DNA of 64,000 nt from Basidiobolus meristosporus CBS 931.73 (lineage: Eukaryota; Fungi; Basidiobolomycota). The stretch spans positions 62,001 through 126,000 of the forward strand of contig MCFE01000005.1 in NCBI GenBank assembly GCA_002104905.1. Direction: 5' to 3'. Each line of letters starts with the position of its first letter. Within the stretch, counting starts at the first letter, position 1. Under the pieces are notes generated by a model. It ran no database searches. It was not told where the DNA came from and saw only the letters and a list, made by a program, of their open reading frames with translations. Both the position numbers and the translations under genes were made by a program. Below are positions 25,634 through 41,931 of this stretch, in pieces.

Positions 25634-28565
25634 ATGTCTGAACATGAGGTACCTACTTTTGTTTGCTGGCGAGGTTTGATGCCGTTTGATAGTAATCCAT
25701 GTGTTCTTCCTTGGCACCACTCCTTAGTATCTCGTGAAACGCTGTATACCTTTACTGCTCGTGAACCAATTGAAAGCCTGCATACGCAATTTCAACGAAA
25801 TCACTGGTTCTCATCTTCGAATAAGTGGAAACAAGGGTGAGCTGATTCAAAGGATTCAACAATTCGTAGAAGAGAAGCATTATCAGGGAAACGATGAAGA
25901 GTACGATCTTGTAAAACAAATCGTGTTGAATCATTTCGGAAGGTATCTCTATTAGTCTTTGCCATTTCTTTCTTAATACAACAAACATGGTTTAACCCTC
26001 CTATTCCCGTAGAGCTTTGCCCGCATTTGAACGTTCAGGTTCTGTAACCAATACCACACCTACAAAAGCCAACACGCCTCAGCGATCTCGGGAGAATAAT
26101 GCTCTAAACGGAGGGATCGGGTTTCCCAATCTCAATGAATCTGCGCTCCCTTTCAACACATTTGCCAAGAAAAAATCGGCCGAGCTGAGATTCGATTTCA
26201 AACCAAGCCCATTCTACGATGTTATTGAGATGATATCTGAAATCAAAGTATGTCATGGTATGTTTTCTTCCTATACGATTCGTTTGTCTGTAGGGTACAT
26301 GCAACGTACTTATATTGCTTATTCATCAGAGGTGCAAGAAAAAGCTTCTTTAGTTTGCCTTGACTTTCAATTGAAGAAGCATCACATCTCTCAACTCCAG
26401 CAGCAGAGGTGAGTGCACTCATACGGCAGAGGAGAGTAGCGCTTTTCATATTAATCACCATCCCCTAGCTTGAACTTTGGTATAATGTTGTTTGGATGTG
26501 CATACGATGAGTCAAAAGTTGACATGTCGGCCTCTCCAGTGCTTGTGGAATTCCCTCAGATGTGTGAAGTCAAGGTTAATACAGCGGTATTACAAGCGGT
26601 ATGTTGAATAACGTGCGTGCAGGTGCATGATCGCCCTTGCTAATGTATGTCCACAGAGTCTGCGGGGCCTAAAAAATCAACCAGGAACAGTTAACCCTCC
26701 AGATATCACAGAGCTTTGTCGGCTGGATGCGTATTACTCCAATAAGATTGATTTTATGTATGCCAATACGTCAAAGGTAAATCGTCCATTGGTTTGAGGT
26801 TTTGCGATGCATCCAATTGAACCCCACTTTTCTATAGAAATACGCTCTTATGGTTGAGATAGTGAAGAAGCACTCAGTGGATTCTTTAATCAACATTATC
26901 AAGGAAACTAGACGGATGTCGAAAGAAGAAGTGTTGCAAAGAAGTAAGTGAGCACAGGGTTGTCTTACATGGAATGCCATCTAACTTAGTCTCCTCAACC
27001 TAGTCAAGCGTGAGAACGAGGACGCTGACATTATAGCCACCTCAAGTATTGTATCTCTGAAGTGTCCGGTAACCTTTGTTTCTTATCATCCCTGCTACGA
27101 AGACCTGTAGCTTATCTTGTTTTTGAGATCATAGTTGAGTTATCAGAGGATCAAGTTGCCATGTCGGTCGACACTATGCCCTCATATTCAATGCTTTGAT
27201 GGTGTCACATTTTTCAAGATGAACGAACAAACGCCGACGTGGACTTGTCCGACGTGTAACCGTTCCCTAGAGCCATGGGACACCATTGTTGTTGATGGGT
27301 TTGTACATCTAGACTTGATACAGCATATCTCAATGCAGGGCTAACCAGCGTATGAATAGTTATTTTGAAGACATTCTTCAAAGAGTTCCCGAAGATATTG
27401 AAAGTATCGTCGTAGAGCCCAATGGGGATTGGTCCATCCAGGAGAATAAGAGCGCGAACGTGTTAGATTCGGACTCCAGATCTGTAGATTCTCTGTCGAA
27501 TTCCAGCGAGCCACCAGCCACTGGAACCAAAAAACGCAAGGTCGAAGTTATAGATTTGACATTGGATAGCGAAAGCGAAGGTGAAGAGGAAACCCACAAA
27601 AGGCTAAAGCGTTCCGAGAGCGTCTCTGCGTCTATAGCACCATTGAGTGGGCGATTTCCCAACCTTTCGGAGATTGCTATCTCTAATCAGATCGCACCTA
27701 GCGTGGAATCGCGGTCCTCCATGATGTATCCGATTCGCGGCTCAGAAATGGAGGCTTACCGAATCAATCCAATAGAGAATTCCGCCTCAGAGGAACCGGG
27801 AATCTTCCCAGGCAGACATGGTACTGTATTTCGTTGGGATCGACTTTGTTGCATCTGGTTACTTACCCTTCAGTTTCGGATGATCCAGAAAACCGAGATA
27901 ACCTGAATGAAAGCATACGAGGGATCACCTCCATGGCGATATCTTCCCCAATTCCAAGCTCTGGATTGGGCTATCTTTATAATACACACACGCCCAATCT
28001 CCAGTTGACTGCTCCGTTTGTTCCGCCCAAGAGCACCATGGCCCATGTTCAATCGAGGAGTGAGCATGTAACCCCAGAGAATTCACTCCCATTTGTGGAT
28101 TCTCGAAGTCTTTCTCCCAACGCGCCTCCCCCATCGTCTGTAGCTCTCAGAAGAACCCCGGCGGATCAGATGCAGATCGAGAGGCTATCGCCGTTGGCTT
28201 ACGGAGACAACAATTACGATCACGCCGCTTACAATTCCCATAGATACAGTTCTAATCCTCTTCCTCAGGTCGCTGATTACAGACCGGTCACTTCTTACAT
28301 GCCCGACGTTTCCAGGTATCAGCCGCCGAAATACTACCCGCAGATGATGCCACCAGAGAATATCAGGAGTTCCTCGCATTACTCTGATCGTTCTCGGGAA
28401 AACTCTATATTTAAGATGCCTGAGGAGCAGTTTCCATCCCAATATTCACGTTCCAGGCATCGCCAATTGCCTGAACAATACCACTTCAGCCGACCAGAAG
28501 GTAGGGATATAAACCAAGACCCAGAAGAACACCACAATCGCGAATATGCGTCATATTCACATTAG
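25634..28565 (+). CDS. SIZ1: SUMO E3 ligase Siz1/PIAS (SAP, PINIT, SP-RING), multi-exon
   Basis: SAP-like LLLVNQLKACIR...SGNKGELIQRI; PINIT segment; SP-RING SLKCP-SYQRIKLPCRSTLCPHIQCFD...WTCPTC; SIM-like VEVIDLTLDSESE. Confidence 0.9.
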
Positions 28566-28924
28566 CCATTCTCCCCACATAATAATCATTGGCCCATCGA
28601 AGAGTTTCGTATTTATTATAGAATAACTGTTAGAACGCCCCGCACTTCCAATTTTCCACACCACCCTATCCACCTCGATTCGCGCAAATATCTTTTTTAC
28701 CAACATTTCTTGTATAGTAATCTTCCCTCCTTTCCCTCTTGAAAATGAACAAAAAAGCCCGGACCCTTGCTAAGATGTTTGCAACTTATTTAAGCGACCA
28801 GTTGTATAGTTCAGCCATCTAATCAACAAAATCCACATAAATTCCCTTTTTTGTATCACAAGGATTTATTCAGTCCCCACTACCAATGGTGTTGGTAGCG
28901 AACACTCGGGGGGACACCGGGGAG

Positions 28925-29657
28925 TCAATGCTCTAATTGATGAATTTTCTCGATTCTGACCGAATGGTATTGCCCCAAAAACTCTGTGTCCAGAAAGGCG
29001 TCAAGGATTTCCTTGGCCACATCCGGGCCTGTGGAGCGCGATCCAACTGCCAATATATTGGCGTCATTATGCTAATTTAAGGGTTAAATGGTGGAATTTC
29101 CCAGTAAGTTGTATGGATCTCCTTACCTGGCGACTCAAAACAGCTGTGTAATGATCATGGCATAAAGCGCATCGTGCGCCTCCTACCTTGTTGGCAGCGA
29201 TGGACATGCCAATACCAGTGCCGCATACCAGTAGACCAGCTCTGATTTCTGTGACGAACTGGATTAGTAAGCAAACTCTCAAAGTGTCCGAGAAATCTAT
29301 TATCACCAGAGTCTGAGGTGCTTTCGGTTACTTTCTTCGCTACTTGGGCTGCATAGTCAGGATAGTCGCACTGAGTATTCCATTAACGCTACAATTAGCA
29401 GGCGAAACCTCTGCATGGTCGGAATAACCACATACCTTCGTTTCCTCATCTGAAATGCCTAAATCTTCTACCTTGAATTTATCCCCACTACGTGTTTCCT
29501 TCAGGTAATCGACCAATTTCTTTTTCAAAGGAAACCCTGCACCGGCAAATATTGGGTAAATATTGGTTACCAAGGCTGTGGTGTGTTAGCTGTGTTTGTG
29601 TGTACCTGCATGGTCGGAGCCAACATAAAGCGTAACTGTTTGGCTTGATACAGACAT
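28925..29657 (-). CDS. rpiB: Ribose-5-phosphate isomerase B (RpiB/LacA-LacB family), multi-exon
   Basis: Motifs [37 protein letters not shown] and YHSVRIEKI recovered across GT-AG introns. Confidence 0.92.
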
Positions 29658-30087
29658 GGTTGATGAAGTCAATCCGATGGGTGTGCTTTGTTAAATATGT
29701 ATGAATCTATACTCAATCATATCCAGCTTACGTGTTACATGAATCATACAGGGTCACTGGTCATAGAATAGGAAACAATATGGGCGTTTAGCTGGGTTAG
29801 ACAGGATATATCTTTATGTAATAGAAGTGTGTGAAGCGGCGGATTGCATTTTTTTGGGTTTTCTTTCTAAAGTCAATGATAGAAAATATCCGACTGGCAC
29901 ATAAGACGGGTAAATTAAGTCATAAACGGAAGGGATGCTGAAGAGTTTATAAGGGAAACTCTAGGTTTTTTGTGCAAAAGATAAGACAATCAGCTATGTA
30001 GAGAAAATAGATAGTCAAGTAACTACAGGCGCTACAACTGGTTGGCCAGCATTCAAAAAGTAGTTACAATATAGGTGACTGCTTTGC

Positions 30088-31078
30088 TTAGCAAGCACAT
30101 CCGGTGCCGGTATCTCTGCCAGCAACCCCGTTGTTACGAAGATCAACCCTGCCATTACCTGCCCCAGCAGCACCTGGGCGTGTGCGTGACATGGCTAAAA
30201 TGTGTTCAAGTGGGATTTTCTTGGCTAATATAAGGGAGGGAAAGTAAGTTTTCGGCAGTCAAGAGTCGTATCGCGTATCAGAAAGTGAGCTTACCAATCT
30301 CCGTAAAGACTTCGTTGACACCCTCGCCAGTTTTCGCACTGGTTTCAAAGAACAATAGCCCTGCTTCGTTAGCATATGCGCTAGCTTCTTCAGTTGACAC
30401 TTCCCTTGTGCTTTGCTCGCCAGCATTGGACTCTTCCTCGTTATCTTCTTGCTCTACTTCTTCAGATGAAGCCAAATCGGCTTTGTTACCTGCAAGAGCG
30501 ATGACGATGTTGGGATTGGCTTGACGTTGGAGTTCCTTTACCCAAGATTTGGCCTTGTCCAAAGAAGCCTATATTACATCTGATGAGTAGCTCGCTACGC
30601 GAAGATTGAATTATGGAGAGTGGAAGCTACCGCTTTAGTGATGTCATATACAACTACGGCAGCCTGTGCATTACGATAATACATGGGAGCTAGAGAGTGG
30701 AATCTTTCTTGACCAGCGGTATCCCAGATTTCAAACTTTATCACTTTATCCTCCAAGCGACATTTCTGTGTCAGGAAAGCGGCTAAAAAGGGGTAGTCAT
30801 CCGTTTTAGTGATGAGAAGAAAGCAAAGAAAAGCAAAAGGGATGCCAACCTCCAATGGTGGGCTCTTTGTTTTCTTGAAATTCGTTGTTTACAAAACGCA
30901 ATACCAAACTAGATTTTCCTACCGCCGCCTCGCCTGAAGAGATAAAACAGGATGAACAAAGGGGAAATGGGTCCACTGTCAAATTCTCTCTACTTACCTA
31001 ACAATACAAGTTTTACTTGAACTGGCTTATTGTTGCTTGTAACATTGGGGGTTGAGGGGGCATCATTTTCGGTTTGTG
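30088..31078 (-). CDS. VPS21: Rab5-family GTPase (Vps21/Ypt51-like), multi-exon
   Basis: [54 protein letters not shown], and a C-terminal CAC prenylation motif. An acidic insert follows the NKxD motif. Confidence 0.92.
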
Positions 31079-31916
31079 AGGGTACAGGGGAGGACATGGT
31101 TTTATGGGAGTGCTTTAACACAGGAGGCGAAAAGAGAGGAGACTTTTGAAGGAGAAGGGCTTAACAAATATATATGGGACTGCTAGGTGGGATATGAGAG
31201 TTAGCAAAGAAGTTGAAGATGAAGGATGTTTTGAGCTTAGATATTCTAACGAGACGTCAGATGATCACGCTGAGGATATATATCCATATAATCGAAAATA
31301 ATGAAATCAGGAAATATTACATATTGAAATCGATAGAACGATGATTAAGCTAGTGAGTGGTGCTGACCTATTAACCCAAGCTACACATTAGTGCATCCAT
31401 TATGGCGCTGATATTAACTAACCCGGTGTGGAATTATTCAACATTTGGCCATTGGATCCCATGATGCATCGGAACCCCCACTCCAGTACATCCAAACATA
31501 TGTCTCTTTCTGTAAAATAAAGCGACTCCCCTTGAGCACAATGGGCCTGCATCCACCTTGGGAATATTTAAACAAACTTGGTTAAATCAAGAATAAATCA
31601 TCTACCTTAGTCAAGCTGGGAAGTGATGAACAGATGAAAAAAAAGGCGATGATTGTTTTTTTGCATTCACGTGATCGAGTTGAGCCCACCAACAGAGAGA
31701 GTGATAAAACTATGACATTCTCGGTAAGAGGTTTCCTCCTTTTCAAAGAGTGGATTGATATTCCTGAGAGGAAGGATAAAGTAAGTGTACATAATGATCA
31801 AAGATGCGACAATTAAGCAACCACAACAATGAAATACTCAGCCTATAGATGCATCCAAACCCATGACGCCATCCATCCATCGATGCTAACGGATTTCTCT
31901 TTGCTCTTTCATAGCC

Positions 31917-32557
31917 ATGTCTGCCGCTAACAAGATTGTCAAGCCAGCTGGCGCCGCCCCTGCTGATGAGACCGAACTTTTGGTCGCCCAAGCTCTCTTT
32001 GACTTGGAAAACAACGTTCCTGAATTGAAGAAGGAGCTCCGTCCTATTCAAATCTCTGCTGCCAAAGAAGTAAATAGTGATTATAGAGTCTTGACGAGTG
32101 AACGTTCATTAAATCGGTTGTCTAGGTTGAAATCGGTGGTGGTAAGAAGGCTATTGTTGTCTTCATCCCTGTTACCTTGTACAAGGCTTTCAGCAAGGTC
32201 CAACAACGCCTTACTCGCGAGCTTGAGAAGAAGTTCTCTGATCGTCATGTTGTCTTCATTGCTCAACGTCGTATCATGCGCAAGCCTACTCGTCGCAGCC
32301 GCGCCAAGCAAGCTCGCCCCAGATCTCGTACCTTGACTGCTGTTCACGAGAAGATTCTTGATGACATCGTCTACCCTACCGAGATTGTTGGCAAGCGTAC
32401 CCGCGTCAAGGTTGACGGCAGCAAGACCATCAAGGTCTTCCTTGATAACAAGGATGCTGGTTCCCTCGAGTACAAGCTCGATACCTTCTCCGGTGTCTAC
32501 AAGAAGTTGACCGGCAAGGATGTTGTCTTCGAATTCCCAGCCAACCAACTCGAATAA
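31917..32557 (+). CDS. RPS7: 40S ribosomal protein S7 (eS7); intron 32070-32125
   Basis: [10 protein letters not shown]...KKAIVVFIP...[22 protein letters not shown]...[17 protein letters not shown]...[14 protein letters not shown]; strong codon bias. Confidence 0.97.
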
Positions 32558-32767
32558 ATTTCTTCCTAGAAGTGGTAAATACTTGACGATTAAGTATCTA
32601 TCTTAATTTTCTGTTATGGCTGGTGTTGTTATATAACCCTCCTTCCACATTCACATCCCATCTGTTATAATAAACCAGTTCAACTCTACTCATGGTTATA
32701 TACATGTTTTATTCTATTTCGTTTAGAGAACGGGGAAATTATGAGAATAATTAGTATGCAAGCGTGG

Positions 32768-35062
32768 TCAACCTTGGTGCTGAATCTTTTTTCTGAATTC
32801 GCGAATTCTCTTCTTCTTGGAGTACTTCTTGATGTCTGCTTCCTGTTTGTCGGCAGGTCGATAGCTGGAAAAGTGGCGTGGTTAATATGGGCTCTGAAAT
32901 GGTATAACATGGAACAAATACATACGGAGCAAGCTTCTTGAGTGACACAAAGTCGTTCAAGTCCTTCTCGTCAGCCATCAAAATCTCAACAGGATCCAAC
33001 CCGAATGATGAAGGCTTGACTTGGTGGTATTTGAAGCGGGTAGGCAAGTCGCCAACCATATCCTCGTAGTCCAATTGATAATAGTCATCGAGGTATTCAT
33101 CCATGGATCTCTTGTTGGATTTCTTGTCCTTGCCCTTCTTGGGCTTGGCTTCCTCAAAGTGTTCGCCACCTGGAAGATAATCTGCATCCATGATAAAGTC
33201 ATCCTCCTCCACATTGGCAGGTTCTTTTCCTTTCTTGTTTTTCTTGCCCTTCTTTGGCTCCTCAACAGGCTCTTCGGTCACAATATCGCTAATGTCTATG
33301 TCGTCATCGAACACTGGCTTCTTGTTGTCCTCAGCGTCGTAATAGGTGTCATTGAACAAGGTACCCATCTTCTCATCGTGCTTGTTAGGATCAAACTCTC
33401 CGTCAAGATCGACGTCATCAAAGCCAACGTTGTTGTTGCCAGTGATCTCTTGAATCTTCTTGAGTTTCTCAAAGATCTCTTGCTTCTTGAGATTCTTGAG
33501 ACGCTTGAGTTCCTCCATCTTCTTGAGCTTCTCTTCCTTCTTGCGCTCTTGTACAGCGAGACGCTTCTCCTTTCTTCTGTTGTCCTTTCTAATGGCCAAA
33601 TACTAGGTTAGTGGATTCGATGGAGCCCTCGAATTATTGTATGTTTACCTTCTGACGGAGTTCTCAATATTTCTGGCATGTGTGACGATATCGGTACTAC
33701 CCCTATAATGGAATTAGGTTATCATGCAAGCGAACACATTTAAAGATCCGCTGAACCACATACTCTTCTTCGAATCTATGATTGTAGCTACTCTCAAATC
33801 TATCAGCGGCCTCTACTGCTTCTTCATCCTCATCCTCCTCGACAATCTCCTGATATGTAGGAACCCTTGTGTTCTTCTTATCAATCCAACCACGGCTTAA
33901 AATGTATCTGAGGAGTTCCAAGTTAATATCTTTTTGTCTGCAAATCTGCCATGGTTTTGACTTACTCCATAAGGAATGCTTCGTCAGGATTTACTTGAGG
34001 GTTCTCTTTGTAGTTTTGCCACTCTTGGAATGCTTTGCCGTCGTTGGAGCCAGCCTACAAAGGGTACCAGATGAATATCTGATATTGAATACGAAATTGT
34101 CGCTATATCATTACCGCCATGCTTTCCAACAAAAAGCGCTTGTAGTCTTCCTCCTCGGCATCGATTTCTTCCTTTGTTTTGGCACGTTGAGTGAAGAAGC
34201 TGTCATCGTCCTCATCATCATCATCGCCGAAGGCATTCTTTACAGCATCCTAATTTGCCCGCTTATCAGTTAAACAGTTTCAAAGATAGCAGTAAAGCGG
34301 GATCTCTAACCTTCATTTCTTTCTTCAAGATCTGTTGCTCCTGAACGTGGGTAAGTGGTTTCTCCTCAGATTCGTTGACTACACCACCATCCTCCAGGAG
34401 GACTTTACGATGGTAATCCTTCAAAGTAACGGGCTTTCCAGCGGCCTAAACAAAGTCAGCAGTCAGTTTTGAACCGAAGCAGTCGATTAAACGCGAATTT
34501 ACCTTCAATTGCTTTTGCTTCTCCTCCCACTCTTTCTTCGCCTTTTCAACCTCCTCGGCTTTGACAAAAGCGGTTAGCACCAGTCAGGTATTACTGTGCT
34601 TCATATCATGGGATAGAGTACCTGAGAAGAGATCTTGTTTGGCGTCATAAACCTTAGGATCGCGGTTTCTAATAAGAGTAATGGTCTTCATGATCTGAGC
34701 ATCGACTGCTGGAGTAACTAATTCACCATATTCATCCTCCTCTTCAGAGGTGTCGTCGTCATCATCGTCGTCATCACCCCCAGTGAAGGTGAATTCCCCG
34801 TCGTCTTTAATGCCGTAGCGCTTTTTTCTCTCAGCGATCTTTTGCAGACGTTCCTCGTCAATGCCCTCAACATCGCCATATTTATCACGAACTGTGTATG
34901 TCAGGAAAGAAAGGCATAGTCAGCAAAAAGTAGGCTTGGTCTGGAAAAGCTGTTGAGCAACGATACTGTACGAATGGACAATTCCTCCGCCTTTTTCTTT
35001 TCTTCGTATTTCTGGGCGAAATTTTCGTTGATGGTTAAAGTAAACTCTTCGTCAGACTCCAT
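32768..35062 (-). CDS. KRI1: Kri1, 40S biogenesis factor, multi-exon (3' end approximate)
   Basis: N-terminus LTINENFAQKYEEKKKAEEL; central EAADRFESSYNHRFEE; RRKDNRRKEKR...ELKRLKNLK; Kri1_C DYYQLDYEDMVGDLPTRFKY...ILMADEKDLNDFVSLKKLAPY. Confidence 0.92.
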
Positions 35063-35394
35063 GGCCACTAATTTACGCTTCTCTTGAATCAACTAAAGTG
35101 GTACTCGAGTAGACAGATTCCTGCTGAACCTTGACAAAAAACTTCCACTCTCGACGGACTGCTTTTCTCTACATCCTTTTTTTTCTTTTCTTTTCCTCAC
35201 GTTTCCTTTTGCGATCTCGAATTTTTGGTGGTATCCATCCCATTCCGTGGCGATCTCATTGGTGGTATGGAAAAAATTTTAATCATGTTCTATGAATTGG
35301 ATTGGATTTTTAGATTAACATAAACAATGCTTGGATGTGTGTGACTACAGGTATATTGGATATGTAAGATGAATGTAATGGGACTGTTCGTAGC

Positions 35395-37359
35395 TCAGGC
35401 CCTCGAGATATCAAGTCGGCCTCCACCACTGGAGACAAATACGTTGTCCAATTCCCAGCCTTTCTGGAGCAAGGACTCATGTAATTTTGAGAAGTTTTGA
35501 TCTACTTGAATATGTGTATTTCTTATCAACTCACTCGACTTCAATTCCTTAATTGAAGTGGTCTCCAGCTCTTTCCGAATATAGCATGCATGCAAAAGAC
35601 CTTTCATCATATCCTCAGAGCTAGCCTTCTTGTCATACCATAGGTACACTTGGGGCGAATCCTCGGCCGCGTGGACCAAGATGTAATATTTCTCTGGATG
35701 CGTCAGATTTTTGGATGATAATGCTTGCGCTACATCTTCTGTTTTCAACTTGCGTATGCATTGATGAAGCTTTGGTTCAATAACTACAGGAACATTAAAG
35801 ATGGAGCGATATGATTTCACGAATGTCTCCTTGTGCGCTACATCGGCAGGAGATAGGGCTATCCAGATAATGATTAAAACTAATAAGATGTCGCTAGGTC
35901 TTATACTGAAGGCTTACCTTTATCATCATGATGATTTCTGTTGAGAAAGTGATCAAACAGAATCTCCGCTCGTTGCATGTTGAGCGAAGGTGTGGTCACC
36001 ACTAGGTTGGATCTATAATTTGCATAGATGGACAACACAGAGAGTGGAACGAAGACGGCAAAAACATTCGTGAACGAACTTCCTATTAACGCGCTAATGG
36101 CGATTCCTAGGCCGGTTCCTGCAGCCAACCAATCAAAAAGACCTTAGCAACCTCACCAACCACAGATTGAATCGCATTCAAGAACAGTCATTTACCTGCC
36201 AGACCTGCTGCCGTGTTCTGTGAACCTGATTTTCCGGTAATATCACCCAAACTAGTGGAACACGATTTAGCTCTGTTGCATATAGATCCGAGAGAATCGA
36301 TTGAGTGGCCTATACGTACTTGTCTCGAAGCGCAAAGGTCTTATTTAGTTGAGCCCTAGGAAGGAGAGGATTGTTAATATGCTGATAACTACGGAGATAA
36401 AAAGCTCTGGAAGGGTAAACTTACTTTGTAGCGGCGCTGGCTAGCCATGCAATATTTTTGCCTTTTCATATAAATCGTTTTAAATGTTATCCGTCAGCTA
36501 AAGCACGAAGCCTTAAACATCTGTACCTATATTTGAGAATGAGGCGATCACCAGAAACATGCTCGGGAAAAAAGGCGTAGTTAACTCGAGCAAGGACGCG
36601 CCTTGCATTGCGACAGTTGCGTAGAATCGATGCCTCTTTGGATCACTATCAAATTTATCGCTGGTAACGCTGGCATAAATAACGCCACCCAACTGGCCTA
36701 GTCCATCTTTGATAATCCAATTCAGAGCAGCAGCCAGCTATTACCAGGATAGAAATACGTTTAGTTGGTTGAACGCGTCTATAGAAAACGATAAACTTCG
36801 ATTACAGGAATGGCGCCGGCTCCAAGTCCAATGGCATATAAAAGAGACTGCGTCGAAAGAACTTGAAAGTGGGTTTAGAAATTGCATTCACCAACAAAAG
36901 TATCTATATGTCTTCCTCTATGCACGTACCACTAGTTGTTGAGCCGCAAATGTTTTGCAAGAACTGCCAAGTAGTAAAGGGGAGATATTCCTTGCTGACC
37001 GAATGTGGGTAGTCTTTGGGCAGAAACGCAAGGATGGTGTTTTGTTTAATAACGCGAAAAATGCTCAAGTCGAAGCCACCTGCCGACTTTTTTGTCGGCT
37101 CGTGACTAGAAATGTTGTAGTTGACTTTCTCTTGGTCTTCGCTAGTGGTGCCACTCAATTGTAGGACCTTTACTTGATGTTTCAGGCCTACTCTCACCAG
37201 TTGCTTCACTTCCAAAACACCGGTTTGCTCGGCATCTTCTTTAGGCTTCACAGTGTTGGAAATGCGTTGCAGTAGAACAGTAGAACTGCATAGAGTCCTA
37301 GTGTTGTAGGCCAATTTAATAGTGCGCGAAGTAAGCCTGGGTATATTTGACAAAATCAT
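35395..37359 (-). CDS. RUS1: RUS1 / DUF647 (C16orf58-like) family protein, multi-exon
   Basis: AFLPKDYPHSVSKEYLPFTTWQFLQ, AAAALNWIIKDGLGQLGGVIYA, NFNAFATVAMQGASLLE, and GTGLGIAIS...NLVVTTPSLNMQRAEIL match the RUS family layout. Confidence 0.85.
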
Positions 37360-37925
37360 TCAAGGAAGTATGACAGTGTAGTGGGTGAAATGATTAGGCT
37401 ACAGGCGCTGCATGCTTATTCAAATTTCAGTCCACACCACTCTGGCCAAAAACTTAGACAAGCCAGTTCCTGGAAGCCGATTGGCTCTGCCATTAGATCA
37501 CTGAGCCACCGTGGGTTATCTAATCACTGGTTCGCGGGTGGGAATGCTCCACACTATAAAACCCGACCGAGCCCGCCACCAAGATTTCATGCCCACTATT
37601 AGTTAAGCCAGTTCGAAACTTATGCAGGAAACTTTGATCATAAATCATCCGATCAAAATGCAAGCAAGTCGAAGGTAGATGATGTATAGTACGACTGAAT
37701 ATTGCCAAATCTATATAAAGTTAATTAGGGTGATTTCTCTCATATGTTGGTGCAACATCAAAGCAATGATCTATTTGGGTATCAAACTGTAAAGTATGCA
37801 TATAGTCACATGTTTTTCGCTATTCAGGCAACCTCCAAAAGGAGTCAATTATAATTAGAATACTAGTTGCTTGTCCTGCTTTTGCATTTAGAGAAGCAGA
37901 GAAATTCCTGTCAGCGTACATCAAC

Positions 37926-41150
<3,225 letters not shown>

Positions 41151-41931
41151 AGTCCCAACGTTCATTTTAATTGATTATTACTTTCCAATTTAGTGTGATT
41201 GCAACGCCTGTTGTATATTATGTAATTTAGTTCTATCTTTGAAAACTACTACCACTAATCATACCCTACTTATCCCATCATCAGTCGCTTATCTGAAATC
41301 CATCAGATTCCAACGGCAATAAAAGCATATGCTGCCCATCGGTTATTTCTCTTTTTTACTATGAAATCATCAATGGCCTTTGGCCAATTACCGCTACACG
41401 ATAGCGGCTCCTCCACCGGATTTGAATATAGTATGAGCGCTGTAAAGAAATCAGTCATGTCATTTGTCAGATACCCTCGTAATGTCCAATCATAAAATTC
41501 CCATGATTTTCTCCGGTAGGATCTCGAGATTGGAAAGCCCGTTCACTGTGACGTCGAGAGTTACACCAAGATTAATTGGCTACAGTATTTTCAACATCCG
41601 TGTTTGCCTTCTTCTTCTGCATTATGGCCCACTGATGTCATTAGAGACAAAGATCAGGTAGTTTCAAAACAATCTATTTCTGGGTGAGGTTGGCTCTGAA
41701 GTCAATCAAACATCCGATTGTGACGGCCGATTTTTGTTGAATCAGCTATAGCTATTTAAGTTTAGCAGGGATGGTGATGATGACGGCGGCACGTGTAATC
41801 GTCAAACCCAAACAGTATAAAAGTAGGTGTTGGTAGCTTCAGTTCGACCAGAACTACCCTCTGATTTGCCCTTTTGATCATTATCCTATACCTTCTTTGA
41901 CATCACCTAGATCCCATAATAGAATAGTAAC

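Noticed and set aside
32081-33611. Long antisense ORFs over RPS7 (32081-32548) and KRI1 (33021-33611), and similar shadows over ALDH, the SPX transporter and BEM1
   Set aside because: Explained by codon bias of the sense genes; no independent motifs.
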